A stretch of DNA of 64,000 nt from Candidatus Actinomarina sp. (GCA_038147085.1 JAYQSV010000001.1:711214-775213); one strand, 5' to 3'; positions 38,579 through 48,104 are shown, counted from the first letter of the stretch. Numbers and translations are program-made. The notes: generated from the sequence alone by a model not told the origin.

Positions 38579-39070
38579 CTACAAATCTAGCTGACTTAGA
38601 GAAGAAAATGGACTTTCTTTTAAATTTTTTTCTAAATGAGAACATTTATAGTCATTTAAATTAATACCACATGTTGTACATAAACCTTTACAATTTTCTT
38701 GACATATGTAGTTTTCGTTCATTTTATCTAAAATTATTTCAGTAATAAAAGGAAGAACATCAATCTTTTCTTGATTTAAAGATAATTCATAATCATTTTC
38801 ACTGTTTAAATTTATTCGAAATACTTTTGAGTTAGATTCATTGATAGTTTTTTCTTCTAAACACCTTCCACAAATCGCTGTAATTTCAAATGTTGCTTTC
38901 AGATCTACAACAAGTTCTTCATTTTTAATAATTATTTTTAAGTTTATTTCGACTTGAGATTGGCTAGGGATATGATTATTACCTAGTTTTATTTCTAAAT
39001 TTCCAGCTTTGTTTACTTCAATTGGACTTTTAGCATAAATTAAATCTGTGGTTTTAAAACAAGCTTCCAT
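38579..39070 (-). CDS. yceD: YceD/DUF177 family protein
   Basis: 163 aa with CGRCLEE ... C..LCTTCG Cys pairs, immediately upstream of rpmF (conserved pairing). Confidence 0.8.
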   Translation of the reverse strand: MEACFKTTDLIYAKSPIEVNKAGNLEIKLGNNHIPSQSQVEINLKIIIKNEELVVDLKATFEITAICGRCLEEKTINESNSKVFRINLNSENDYELSLNQEKIDVLPFITEIILDKMNENYICQENCKGLCTTCGINLNDYKCSHLEKNLKESPFSSLSQLDL

Positions 39071-39081
39071 ATTTTCACAAC

Positions 39082-39579
39082 CTATGGCTGGTCAATAATT
39101 CTAGGTTCTCTTAGCTTTTGTTTTTCTAATTCAAGAAATGTAGCTAATTGATTAACTTTATGTAAAACCTCATCAATTTTTATATCTATTGAATCTTCAA
39201 CAGAAGCTCTGTAATGTTGAGATTCTTTTTCAGCTTGCTTTATAAGTGCGTTAGCTTCTACAACAGCTTCTTGAAGTACATAAGAATCTGCTATAAGTTT
39301 TTCAGATTCAATTTTGGCTGATTTAATTATTTCGTCAGCTTCTTCTTTAGCTTGATTAATAAAAGATTCTTGTTCTCTCACAATCCATCTTGCTGTTCTT
39401 AATTCGACGGGTATTGTGTCAATTATTCCATCTAATTCTTCTAATAATTCTTTTTTATTTAACCTGCTAACTATTGAATTAGAAGTTATCTTTTTTCTTA
39501 AATTTTCTAAAGAATCAACTAATGAAATTTTTTTAGTAGTATTTGAAATTTCTTCAAAGTTTAAATTTTGTTCATTCAT
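39082..39579 (-). CDS. coiled-coil protein of unknown function (ATP-synthase-b-like heptad region)
   Basis: 165 aa, EEADEIIKSAKIESEKLIADSYVLQEAVVEANALIKQAEKES. It lies between coaD and yceD and overlaps coaD by 8 nt. Confidence 0.6.
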   Translation of the reverse strand: MNEQNLNFEEISNTTKKISLVDSLENLRKKITSNSIVSRLNKKELLEELDGIIDTIPVELRTARWIVREQESFINQAKEEADEIIKSAKIESEKLIADSYVLQEAVVEANALIKQAEKESQHYRASVEDSIDIKIDEVLHKVNQLATFLELEKQKLREPRIIDQP

Positions 39580-40036
39580 TGCTCATCCTATTTAAAACTT
39601 CCTTAGGCACCAATGAACTCACATCGCCACCATATGTATGGATTTCTTTAACCATTGAACTTGACAAGTACCCATACTCAGGTGATGAAGGTATAAAAAT
39701 AGTCTCAAAGGAAGCTAATGTAGAATTAAGTTGTGCCATTTGGAATTCATAATCAAAATCTGACATTGCTCTTAATCCTTTAACAATTGCATTTACTTTT
39801 TTTTCTTTAGCAAAATCTACTAGTAAACCTTCGAAACTTTCTACATAGACATTAGTTTTATTTATTAATATTTCTTCTAGCATTGTTTTTCTATCTTCTT
39901 TTGAGAACATGGACTTCTTAGATGGATTAATAACAACACCTACTAAAACTTCTGTAAATATTCCTGAACATCTATTTATAACATCAATGTGTCCATTAGT
40001 TGGAGGATCGAATGAACCTGGAATTAATACTTTCAT
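39572..40036 (-). CDS. coaD: phosphopantetheine adenylyltransferase
   Basis: PGSFDPPTNGHIDVI, 154 aa. Confidence 0.94.
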   Translation of the reverse strand: MKVLIPGSFDPPTNGHIDVINRCSGIFTEVLVGVVINPSKKSMFSKEDRKTMLEEILINKTNVYVESFEGLLVDFAKEKKVNAIVKGLRAMSDFDYEFQMAQLNSTLASFETIFIPSSPEYGYLSSSMVKEIHTYGGDVSSLVPKEVLNRMSNE

Positions 40037-40566
40037 TTTTTACTTATTATGTAAATGATACTTTGTCCAAATTTTTTTTCTTTTTCTAAAATTAAATTTT
40101 TATTTATTTCGAACTTGTCAGAAGAAGAATGTCTGTGAACAATTAACTTACCGCCGTTCTCTAGAATTTTGTAAATTAAGTTAACTTCATCGGTAACTTT
40201 CTCAGCACTCAATTTAAATGGAGGATCGTAAAATATTAAATCGTATTTAAGAATTGAGTTTTCAATATAACTATTGACTGAAATATTGTTTATTTTATAA
40301 TTACTGATTTCTTTTAAGTTTTTATTTAAAACTTTTATGCATTCATTCGATTTTTCTACAAAAGAAACAAATTTTGCACCACGACTTAGCGCTTCTATAC
40401 CTAGGCTTCCTGAACCAGCATATAAATCAAGTACGTTTTTTTCAGGTATAAAAAATTGCAACGAATTAAATATAGATTCTCTGACTTTACTCATCATTGG
40501 TCTTGTGTCAGGACTATTAATAGTTTCAATTATTTTTGATTTATATTGACCTGCAAGAACTTTCAT
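40033..40566 (-). CDS. rsmD: 16S rRNA (guanine966-N2)-methyltransferase RsmD
   Basis: VLDLYAGSGSLGIEALSRGA SAM motif and FYDPPF; rsmD-coaD pairing. Confidence 0.9.
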   Translation of the reverse strand: MKVLAGQYKSKIIETINSPDTRPMMSKVRESIFNSLQFFIPEKNVLDLYAGSGSLGIEALSRGAKFVSFVEKSNECIKVLNKNLKEISNYKINNISVNSYIENSILKYDLIFYDPPFKLSAEKVTDEVNLIYKILENGGKLIVHRHSSSDKFEINKNLILEKEKKFGQSIIYIISKK

Positions 40567-42689
40567 GTACTACTTTCAATTTTGAAGTAGTTAGGGAAGA
40601 ACATCTCTGCTTCTTTTAATATTTCAGAAAAAGAATTTTGGTCATTTATTGACTCAAATATTTTTTTTGATTCAATTAACAAATCATAATCATATCTTAA
40701 GTTTGCAACTTTAAGATCGGACTTTCCAGATTGACTAGTTCCCGTAACTTTCCCTTCTCCTCTGATTTCTAAATCTATTTCTGAAAGTTTAAATCCATCA
40801 TCTAGATCTACAATTGCTTCAAGTCTTTTTCTTCCATCTTCACTTATTGTTCCTATAGATTTCTTTTTAGTAATATGAAAAATACATTCAGATTCTTTAC
40901 TGCCACGACCTACTCTACCTCTTAATTGATGTAATTGATTTAAACCAAATCTTTCAGCACTTTCAATAATCATTAACGTAGCATTTGGAATATCAATACC
41001 TACTTCAATCACTACAGTAGAAACCAGAATATCAATTTTTTTTGTTTCCATTCTTTTCATAATTTCTTCTTTTTCTTCATAGGACATTTTTCCATGAAGC
41101 AACTCAACATTAAATTCTGAAAAGTATTCTGAATATTCTTTATATACATTTTCTGCAGCACGAATATCGGAATTTTCACTTTCTTCAATAAATGGACAAA
41201 CAACAAAAATTTGTGAGTTGTTCTTTAAGTGTTCACTGCATTTTTCAAAAACTTCAGAATTATCAGAATCTAGACCACTTAATAGATGGGATATTATCTT
41301 CTTTCTCCCTGGAGGCAATTCGTCTATTGTAGTTATTTCAAGATCCCCATAGATTGAAAGTGCTGTAGTTCTTGGTATAGGTGTTGCTGTCATTATTAGT
41401 TGATCTGGAATGGTATTTTTGTTTGTTATAAGTTTTTTTCTCTGATCAACACCAAATCTTTGCTGTTCATCAATTATTGCAAGTCCGAGATTTTTAAAAT
41501 TTATCTTATCTTGAATCAAAGCATGAGTTCCTATAAATAAAGCTGGTTCTCCTTCAGTAATTTTATTATTGATCATTTCCCTATCTTTAGTTGAAGATGT
41601 TAATAAATACTGTTTTACACCCGATTTTTCAAGAAAACTTTTAAGTGACTTAAAGTGCTGTTCAGAAAGAACTTCAGTTGGAGCCATAAAAGCAACCTGA
41701 AAACCTGATTTAATAGCAGCATATATTGCAATCGAAGCAACAACTGTTTTACCAGATCCCACCTCTCCTTGCAAAAGTCTTTTCATAGGATAATTATTTT
41801 TGAGGTCATCTAATATTTCAAAAGCTGCATTTTTCTGAGAAATTGTTAATAAAAATGGGAGATGATTTATATAATTTTCTACTTCTTCATTTTGAACAAT
41901 ATATGTAAAACCTTTTGACTGTTGTTTGTAATTTTTCTTTAAACTTTCAAAAATAGCACGTAGATATATAAATTCATCAATCGCTAACCTCCTGCGAGAT
42001 TCAATGTATACATTTTTATTTTCAGGAAAGTGAATACCCCTTAAGCTATCCTCTCTTTTTAAAAGTTTAAAACTTTTTAATATTTCATCAGAGAATATAT
42101 CTTCAAAGCCGGGTTCTAAATCGTCTTTTTTAGAAGAGATAATTTGGAATATTTGCTTTAATGATTTTCTTATGGTTGAACTAGATAAACCTTCTAGTTT
42201 GTTATAAATTGGTATTAATGAACCAGTTTCATTTAATTCTTCAATATCTTCAAACTTTTCAATTGTAGGATTCTTATATTCAACTGTTCCTGTTTTTTTA
42301 ATTTCAGGTTTACCTGAAATAGCTACTCTATCCCCTTCTTTATAGCGAGATTCAATGTATTGTGGACCAAACCATTTTGCATTTATTGTTCCTGTTTCGT
42401 CTGTAATAACTAAAGTGGTGATTCGAAGTCTTGACTTTGTTGTAAAAACAGAAACTTTTTTTACAGACGCAATTACAGTAATCTCATTATTCTCATCTTC
42501 AGCTGTAATTTCCTTTATTAATTTTAAGGATGACCTGTCAATATGTTTTTTTGGAAAAAATCTTAATAGATCTGTAACTGAGAATAAATTATTGCGTTTA
42601 AGCAAACTATATCTTTTTTCACCCAATCCACTTAATGTATCGAGATTGATTTCATTTAAATAACTAAAATTTCTTTTAACCACAATCAA
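40563..42689 (-). CDS. recG: ATP-dependent DNA helicase RecG
   Basis: Wedge/OB N-terminus, helicase motifs GEVGSGKTVVA, DEQQRFG, and QLHQLRGRVGRG. Confidence 0.94.
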   Translation of the reverse strand: MIVVKRNFSYLNEINLDTLSGLGEKRYSLLKRNNLFSVTDLLRFFPKKHIDRSSLKLIKEITAEDENNEITVIASVKKVSVFTTKSRLRITTLVITDETGTINAKWFGPQYIESRYKEGDRVAISGKPEIKKTGTVEYKNPTIEKFEDIEELNETGSLIPIYNKLEGLSSSTIRKSLKQIFQIISSKKDDLEPGFEDIFSDEILKSFKLLKREDSLRGIHFPENKNVYIESRRRLAIDEFIYLRAIFESLKKNYKQQSKGFTYIVQNEEVENYINHLPFLLTISQKNAAFEILDDLKNNYPMKRLLQGEVGSGKTVVASIAIYAAIKSGFQVAFMAPTEVLSEQHFKSLKSFLEKSGVKQYLLTSSTKDREMINNKITEGEPALFIGTHALIQDKINFKNLGLAIIDEQQRFGVDQRKKLITNKNTIPDQLIMTATPIPRTTALSIYGDLEITTIDELPPGRKKIISHLLSGLDSDNSEVFEKCSEHLKNNSQIFVVCPFIEESENSDIRAAENVYKEYSEYFSEFNVELLHGKMSYEEKEEIMKRMETKKIDILVSTVVIEVGIDIPNATLMIIESAERFGLNQLHQLRGRVGRGSKESECIFHITKKKSIGTISEDGRKRLEAIVDLDDGFKLSEIDLEIRGEGKVTGTSQSGKSDLKVANLRYDYDLLIESKKIFESINDQNSFSEILKEAEMFFPNYFKIESST

Positions 42690-42771
42690 ACATAACTCAA
42701 AAAGAATTTAAATGAAAGTACCAACAATTTTTCAGATTAGTTATAGTTATAATTGAAATTTAGAAGGAACT

Positions 42772-42960
42772 ATGGCAAAAAAATGTGAAATTTGTGGTAA
42801 AGGACCTTGGTTTGGTAAACAAGTTACTTTTTCTCATAAAAGATCTAGTAAAAAATGGTCAGCCAATATTCAAAAAGTAAAAGTAGCTGACAATAGTAAT
42901 ACTAAAAAAATCAAAGTTTGCACTTCATGTCTTAAAGCTGGGAAAGTAGTCAAAGCTTAA
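42772..42960 (+). CDS. rpmB: 50S ribosomal protein L28 (Cys-containing, zinc-ribbon form)
   Basis: MAKKCEICGKGPWFGKQVTFSHKRSSKKW...CTSCLK. Confidence 0.93.
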   Translation: MAKKCEICGKGPWFGKQVTFSHKRSSKKWSANIQKVKVADNSNTKKIKVCTSCLKAGKVVKA

Positions 42961-43175
42961 TGTCCCAAGGTGTTGTAAAGTCTTATGACCCAAATACTGG
43001 GAACGGCATAATTGTTTTAGACACCAATAAAGAAGAAGTATTTATTCAAAAAGGATCTCTAAAAGGTTCTATATTTATTACTTTAAGACAAGGTCAAAGA
43101 GTAAATTTTGACATAGTTGAAGAAAGTAATATACCAGTTGTCAAAAATATAAGAATTGGACAAGGTAAATACTAA
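42960..43175 (+). CDS. cold-shock-domain-like small protein with degenerate RNP motifs
   Basis: 71 aa. It aligns end to end with the CspA fold (MSQGVVKSYDPNTGNGIIV..EVFIQKGSL...LRQGQRVNFDIVE), but KGFGFI and VFVHF are replaced. TAATG overlap with rpmB. Confidence 0.65.
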   Translation: MSQGVVKSYDPNTGNGIIVLDTNKEEVFIQKGSLKGSIFITLRQGQRVNFDIVEESNIPVVKNIRIGQGKY

Positions 43176-43182
43176 CTCCTTA

Positions 43183-44385
43183 ATGCTTCTTATAGATTTA
43201 AATAAAACAAATAATCAGATAATAGATGAGCACTTTTTAAACCTTTGTTGTGATTTATATACTGAAAGTCATTTATTAGGTGGTCAATCAATTGCTGATG
43301 AAAAATTATCCAATTTAGATATAACAAATTACTCTAAAAAACGAAATAATGTACTTCCTAAAAAAGCAAGAGGTGCTAGTAATTTATCTCCATATATAAG
43401 ACACGGATTGCTTAATTTAATTGATGTTTGGAACAGAGTTGAAAATTTTGATTATGAAGATAAAAATAAATTTAGAGATGAACTATTGTGGCAAGAATTT
43501 TCAAGACATATTTACGCAATAATAGGAAAAAAATCTAGAAATGAACTAAATTTTCATCTTTCAACAGATAATAATTTTAATTTTGACACAACAAATAAAA
43601 TGAACTGCATTTCTAATATCAAAAACGAGCTTGAAAAAACTGGATATATTGTAAACCAAACTCGAATGTGGTTTGCCTCACACTATGGATTGAGGGATCA
43701 AAAATATTGGAACTTACATGAAGATTATATGTTTAAACACTTACTAGATGGATCTAGATTTGCTAATAGGCTTGGATGGCATTGGGTAATGGGGTCACAA
43801 ACTGGTAAATTATATGGGTTTGCAAAAAATCAAGTTTTAAATAGAGCAAATGAATTATGTAATAATTGCGATCTAAAATATAACTGCCCAATTGAATCTT
43901 GGCCAAACACAGTTTCAATTGATAATATTGAGCAAAATTTTGATTTAGATAGAAGAAAAAACTTTGGGCCAGACACTACTTTAACAGATACTGATCTTGA
44001 ACCTGATTATGTTTGGCTAACTGGTGAGTCATTAGGTGATAATGATCCAGCTTTAAAGTTTTACGACAACCTACCAGTAATATTTGTATTTGATGAGAAA
44101 CTCCTTAAATCAATAAAAATATCAACTAAGAGAATTAATTTTTTACTTCAGACTTTAAAAGAATTAAATGAAAAAAAAGAACTATTTGTCTACTTAGGTG
44201 ATCCTATAGAAATATTAAAAGATAAAAAAATTGCTGTTACATTTGCTCCAGTTCCTAAATATAAATATTTATCTCAAATTATTAAACCAGTAGTTGAGTT
44301 TCCAGCAATAAGACTAGTTAAACCGATCGACTTTTATCCTTTAAGTTATAGTTCATGGAAAAAACAAGCTAGGTTAAATATATGA
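43183..44385 (+). CDS. photolyase/cryptochrome-family protein with inverted domain order (FAD domain first, alpha/beta domain last) and Fe-S-type Cys pattern
   Basis: LSPYIRHGLL, WQEFSRH, GYIVNQTRMWFASH and LLDGSRFANRLGWHWVMGSQTG form the FAD-binding domain within the first 250 aa. The C-terminal DYVWLTGESLGDNDPAL..PVIFVFDEKLL...RINFLLQTLKEL...LFVYLGDP resembles the usual N-terminal domain. The ORF is open from a TTG at 43156. Confidence 0.8.
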   Translation: MLLIDLNKTNNQIIDEHFLNLCCDLYTESHLLGGQSIADEKLSNLDITNYSKKRNNVLPKKARGASNLSPYIRHGLLNLIDVWNRVENFDYEDKNKFRDELLWQEFSRHIYAIIGKKSRNELNFHLSTDNNFNFDTTNKMNCISNIKNELEKTGYIVNQTRMWFASHYGLRDQKYWNLHEDYMFKHLLDGSRFANRLGWHWVMGSQTGKLYGFAKNQVLNRANELCNNCDLKYNCPIESWPNTVSIDNIEQNFDLDRRKNFGPDTTLTDTDLEPDYVWLTGESLGDNDPALKFYDNLPVIFVFDEKLLKSIKISTKRINFLLQTLKELNEKKELFVYLGDPIEILKDKKIAVTFAPVPKYKYLSQIIKPVVEFPAIRLVKPIDFYPLSYSSWKKQARLNI

Positions 44386-44804
44386 AAAGAAAATTAAAGT
44401 TTTTGTTTTTGTTTTTTCACAACTACATTTATATTTACTCAAACGGTCTCATCGGAAAAATGTTATTTGGTAGACCATGTTTAATTTTAAATTCAACTGG
44501 TGCAAAAACTAAAAAGCTAAGGAAAAATGTATTAGTTTTTTTAAAAGAAGATAATAAAGTTTGTTTAATTGCTTCAAAAGGTGGTAGCCCTTCGAATCCT
44601 GGTTGGTATTACAACTTAAAGAAAAATCCTAATTGTATTGTACAAATAGGTTCAAAGAAGTTTAACGCTGTTGCTAATGAAGTGTTAGATTCAGAAAGAG
44701 AAGAATGGTGGCTTAAAATGGATTACCTAAATAATGGTGGCTACACTGCATATCAAAAAAGGACTAATAGAGTTATTCCAGTTTTAGTTCTGGAAATATC
44801 TTAG
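44382..44804 (+). CDS. deazaflavin (F420)-dependent nitroreductase-family oxidoreductase (DDN/DUF385-like)
   Basis: LNSTGAKTKKLRKNVL....IASKGGSPSNPGWYYNLKKNPNCIVQIG....YQKRTNRVIPVLVLE matches the family pattern. ATGA overlap with the photolyase gene. Confidence 0.8.
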   Translation: MKRKLKFLFLFFHNYIYIYSNGLIGKMLFGRPCLILNSTGAKTKKLRKNVLVFLKEDNKVCLIASKGGSPSNPGWYYNLKKNPNCIVQIGSKKFNAVANEVLDSEREEWWLKMDYLNNGGYTAYQKRTNRVIPVLVLEIS

Positions 44805-44830
44805 GCGCATATTGAGCCTAAGTCGATTTT
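44800..44830 (+). terminator. candidate intrinsic terminator after the rpmB-to-DDN operon
   Basis: CTTAGGC (44800-44806), 9-nt loop, GCCTAAG (44816-44822), followed by TCGATTTTGTAATTTATTTT. The stem includes the TAG stop codon. Confidence 0.45.
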
Positions 44831-44857
44831 GTAATTTATTTTAAGAATAATCAATAT

Positions 44858-45502
44858 TTATAGGCTTTTAAAAATAGAAAGGAAATTTTCTAACAATAAC
44901 TCTTCGACAATTAAGTCTGCTTCTGATAAATCATCTTTAGTAAACATACCCCTGTTGATTGCAACAACAAATGTATTAGATGATTTTCCTGCCTTAATAC
45001 CCGTAGGGCTGTCTTCGATAATTATATTCTTTGTAGTTCCTAATTTTGCAATTGCTTTGTTGTAAATATCAGGATAAGGTTTATTTCTATTAACCTGATC
45101 TCCACCAATAATATAGTCAAAGCTTTGTTCTATATTCGCTCTTGAAAGTTTATATTCAAGTAATTCTTGAGGACTTGCTGAAACACAAGCAGATTTAATT
45201 CCAATTTCACCTGAGGAAATTAAAAGATTAAAAGCATCCTCAAATAAAATTTCATCACTTAAAGAATTTTTTATAATATCTCCTAATGACTGCATTGTAT
45301 TTGTAAAATCTTGTAACTGAACAAAACTTGAGAAATACTTGTGAACAATTCTATCATCTACTCCAATGAATTGTTCTACTTCACTTAACTGTATTTCAAA
45401 TCCTAGATTTTTAAGGTGATCTTTCCATGCAAATGCGTAAAGTTTTTCAGTATCCATGATTGTTCCATCACAATCCCAAAATAAACCATATTGACTATCC
45501 AA
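44858..45502 (-). CDS. HAD-superfamily hydrolase (beta-phosphoglucomutase-like subfamily IA)
   Basis: DCDGTIMDTE nucleophile motif, CVSAS motif II, and IIEDSPTGIKAG motif. Confidence 0.8.
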   Translation of the reverse strand: MDSQYGLFWDCDGTIMDTEKLYAFAWKDHLKNLGFEIQLSEVEQFIGVDDRIVHKYFSSFVQLQDFTNTMQSLGDIIKNSLSDEILFEDAFNLLISSGEIGIKSACVSASPQELLEYKLSRANIEQSFDYIIGGDQVNRNKPYPDIYNKAIAKLGTTKNIIIEDSPTGIKAGKSSNTFVVAINRGMFTKDDLSEADLIVEELLLENFLSIFKSL

Positions 45503-46577
45503 GTTTACTCTGAATATCTTTTGCAGATTTTAGAGCTAAACCATCTGAACCTTCGGTACTCCAAATAGTTTTTTTACTCAATGCTTCATCAATCATATCA
45601 TTTAGAAGCTCGAACTTACTTTTTCCTAAATTTGACCATAAATACAAGGCATGACTGCCAGGAATTGTATTAATTTCATTTATATATAGTTCATTATCTT
45701 GTAACAAGAAATCTACCCTTGCAATTCCTTGTATGTTTAAAATTTCATTTAACTTATTTAATTCAATTTCTATCTTTTCTTCAATTGTTTTAGAAATTTG
45801 AGCTGGAAGTTCTCTTTTTGAACCTTCTAATCCTCCGTTTCCTAAATATTTATCTCTATATGAAAACATTTCTAAATTAGTTGAACGTGTAGGTTTTTCA
45901 ATTTCAGAATGTTCATATTTTGGATAATTTCTAACGGCAACTAAGAGATCAATTGAATTTGGTAAAAACTTTTCAACAACAGTTCCTTGATCGTAAAGAT
46001 TAGAATTTTGAATAATTCTATCTATCGAATCAAAGTCATCAACAACTTCTACACCGATAGAAGAGCCACCAAATCGTGGCTTAATTATAAATGGTCCTTT
46101 CATCTCTGGTTTGAAAGAAGTATTGTATAGTATTTTATCCAATACTTTTAATCCATTTTCCTTCATTAATAAATAAAAGGCATATTTATCCATACCAATT
46201 TTAGAAGTTGTTAAGGAAGATCCAGTGTATTTAAAACCAGTAATATCAAAAATAGCTTGTATAGTACCATCTTCACCTGGGCCACCATGACAAGAATTTA
46301 TTATTGCTTGAAAATCAATTTTTTTCTTCTTTAAGTAAAAACCTGAATTAGAACTTATATTTAGTTGTAATTCTTTCTTAAAAATTGATTTATTATCTAA
46401 GAAATCTTTTGATTCAAGTTCATTCTCAACCAAATAGAATCGATTATCTTTAGACCAATAAATATTTTTTAAATCATAGTTGCTAGACAATATCCTTGAT
46501 GCTTGTAAGCCAGTAAGAATTGATATATCGTGTTCAGGTGAGGGTCCCCCGAATATATTGGCAACAATATTTTTCAT
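45495..46577 (-). CDS. ddl: D-alanine--D-alanine ligase
   Basis: FGGPSPEHDISILTG N-terminus, HGGPGEDGTIQ, and ATP-grasp C-terminus ARVDFLL....INEINTIPG. Confidence 0.9.
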   Translation of the reverse strand: MKNIVANIFGGPSPEHDISILTGLQASRILSSNYDLKNIYWSKDNRFYLVENELESKDFLDNKSIFKKELQLNISSNSGFYLKKKKIDFQAIINSCHGGPGEDGTIQAIFDITGFKYTGSSLTTSKIGMDKYAFYLLMKENGLKVLDKILYNTSFKPEMKGPFIIKPRFGGSSIGVEVVDDFDSIDRIIQNSNLYDQGTVVEKFLPNSIDLLVAVRNYPKYEHSEIEKPTRSTNLEMFSYRDKYLGNGGLEGSKRELPAQISKTIEEKIEIELNKLNEILNIQGIARVDFLLQDNELYINEINTIPGSHALYLWSNLGKSKFELLNDMIDEALSKKTIWSTEGSDGLALKSAKDIQSKLG

Positions 46578-46580
46578 AAT

Positions 46581-48104
46581 CTATGGATGGTGATCTGGTA
46601 AATCATTTTCAAATAATACAATGTCATCTTTGCTTACATATGAGTTTAAATCAGAAACAGCTAAATCTCTATTTTTAAATAATTTATAGACTGTATTAGC
46701 TTCATCAAGTCCTAAACGTAAAGATGAAATATTGGTATAGCCAATTATAAATACCTCATCAAATACTTCAGAAGCATCAAGAGCAAATTCATAGTTATAT
46801 GAAAACTGCTCAGAACCTAATTCGATCAGCCCAGGAGTTATTAGATACTTTTTACCGTTTGATTTATGATTTTTGATTTTTTCAAAAGAAGCTTTATATG
46901 ATACCGGATTAGAGTTAAAAGAATTATCAATTATTGCCTGTCCTTTGGTACCTATTATTTCTGTTTGACGATGTTGAGTTTTTTCTAAAATTATTTCATT
47001 GTTAAAAAATGATTTCACATCCAGTTCTAAAGCAATTAATACACCGACACTAAGAGCAATAGATAATTGTAATAACTTAGGACCATTTACTGATGCAATG
47101 TATTGTCCACCAATATAAATGCTGTGTATGCCTTCACTGTAATTAACAAATACAGCAGCTTGGTCTGAACTTATTGAACAATCAATTACCATTTTTTGAG
47201 AAGTCCAAAGCCTAGCTTGGTTTAACAAAATTTCATCATCTCCATTTATAACTACAGTTCCAGCAAGATCAGCTATCTCAGACTTGGCTTCCAGTATATT
47301 TTCTAATGTTTTCATTCTCTCTAGATGTACTGGAGCTATACCAGTTATGACTGCTATGTGCGGTTTAACCCATGAACACATCTCTCGTATTTCTCCAAAA
47401 CCATATGTACCCATCTCAAATATAGAAACTTCGTACGATGAATCAAACTTTTCATTTATTGATCTTGATATTCCAAGCCTGTTATTAAAACTTTCTGGAG
47501 TTACAAAAGTTTTGTATTTACCTGAAAGAATTTGATACATAACATTTTTTGTTGTGGTTTTAGAATATGAACCAGTTATTGCAATTACTGGACCGTTAAA
47601 TTCCTTTAATTTTTTCGATGCTGAGTTTACGAAAACATTAGATTTGTTTTTTTCATAATTCTTTAATAATTTCAAACTTAAATCAAAAATATAAAAAGAT
47701 ACTAAATTAGCAAACATTGCAATAAAATATCCGAAATTATTAACAACAGATACAAATGTAAGAAAAACAACTAATAGTATATATAGTATATTTAATCTTT
47801 TTAATCTTTCGGTATATTTGACTTTTGAAGTTCTGGGGTTAAAAGACAAACCAAGAGGAATTATTAAATTTAAAATAGCTAATAAAATAGCTGTAACTGG
47901 TGTCCACAAGCTAACTAAAAACAACAAAATTGAAACTGCAAATAGTATTTTGTTGTAAGGGAATAGCTTTATCCATCTGAAGTAAAATTTAGTAACATAC
48001 CCAGCTATATAATGCTCCCTTTGAGCTACTCGAGACCACCTAATTGAATTAATAATCGAAGAGAAAGTAAATAGTATTAGAACAAAGAAATGTATTAACT
48101 CCAT
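46581..48104 (-). CDS. MurF-like Mur ligase with about 150-aa N-terminal polytopic membrane domain replacing the UDP-binding domain
   Basis: About 5 hydrophobic helices in residues 1-150, then IAITGSYSKTTTKN (P-loop), FNNRLGISRS, FEMGTYGFGEI, ITGIAPVHLE, IIDNSFNSNPVS and PGLIELG, which are the MurF central and C-terminal domain hallmarks. Confidence 0.8.
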   Translation of the reverse strand: MELIHFFVLILFTFSSIINSIRWSRVAQREHYIAGYVTKFYFRWIKLFPYNKILFAVSILLFLVSLWTPVTAILLAILNLIIPLGLSFNPRTSKVKYTERLKRLNILYILLVVFLTFVSVVNNFGYFIAMFANLVSFYIFDLSLKLLKNYEKNKSNVFVNSASKKLKEFNGPVIAITGSYSKTTTKNVMYQILSGKYKTFVTPESFNNRLGISRSINEKFDSSYEVSIFEMGTYGFGEIREMCSWVKPHIAVITGIAPVHLERMKTLENILEAKSEIADLAGTVVINGDDEILLNQARLWTSQKMVIDCSISSDQAAVFVNYSEGIHSIYIGGQYIASVNGPKLLQLSIALSVGVLIALELDVKSFFNNEIILEKTQHRQTEIIGTKGQAIIDNSFNSNPVSYKASFEKIKNHKSNGKKYLITPGLIELGSEQFSYNYEFALDASEVFDEVFIIGYTNISSLRLGLDEANTVYKLFKNRDLAVSDLNSYVSKDDIVLFENDLPDHHP

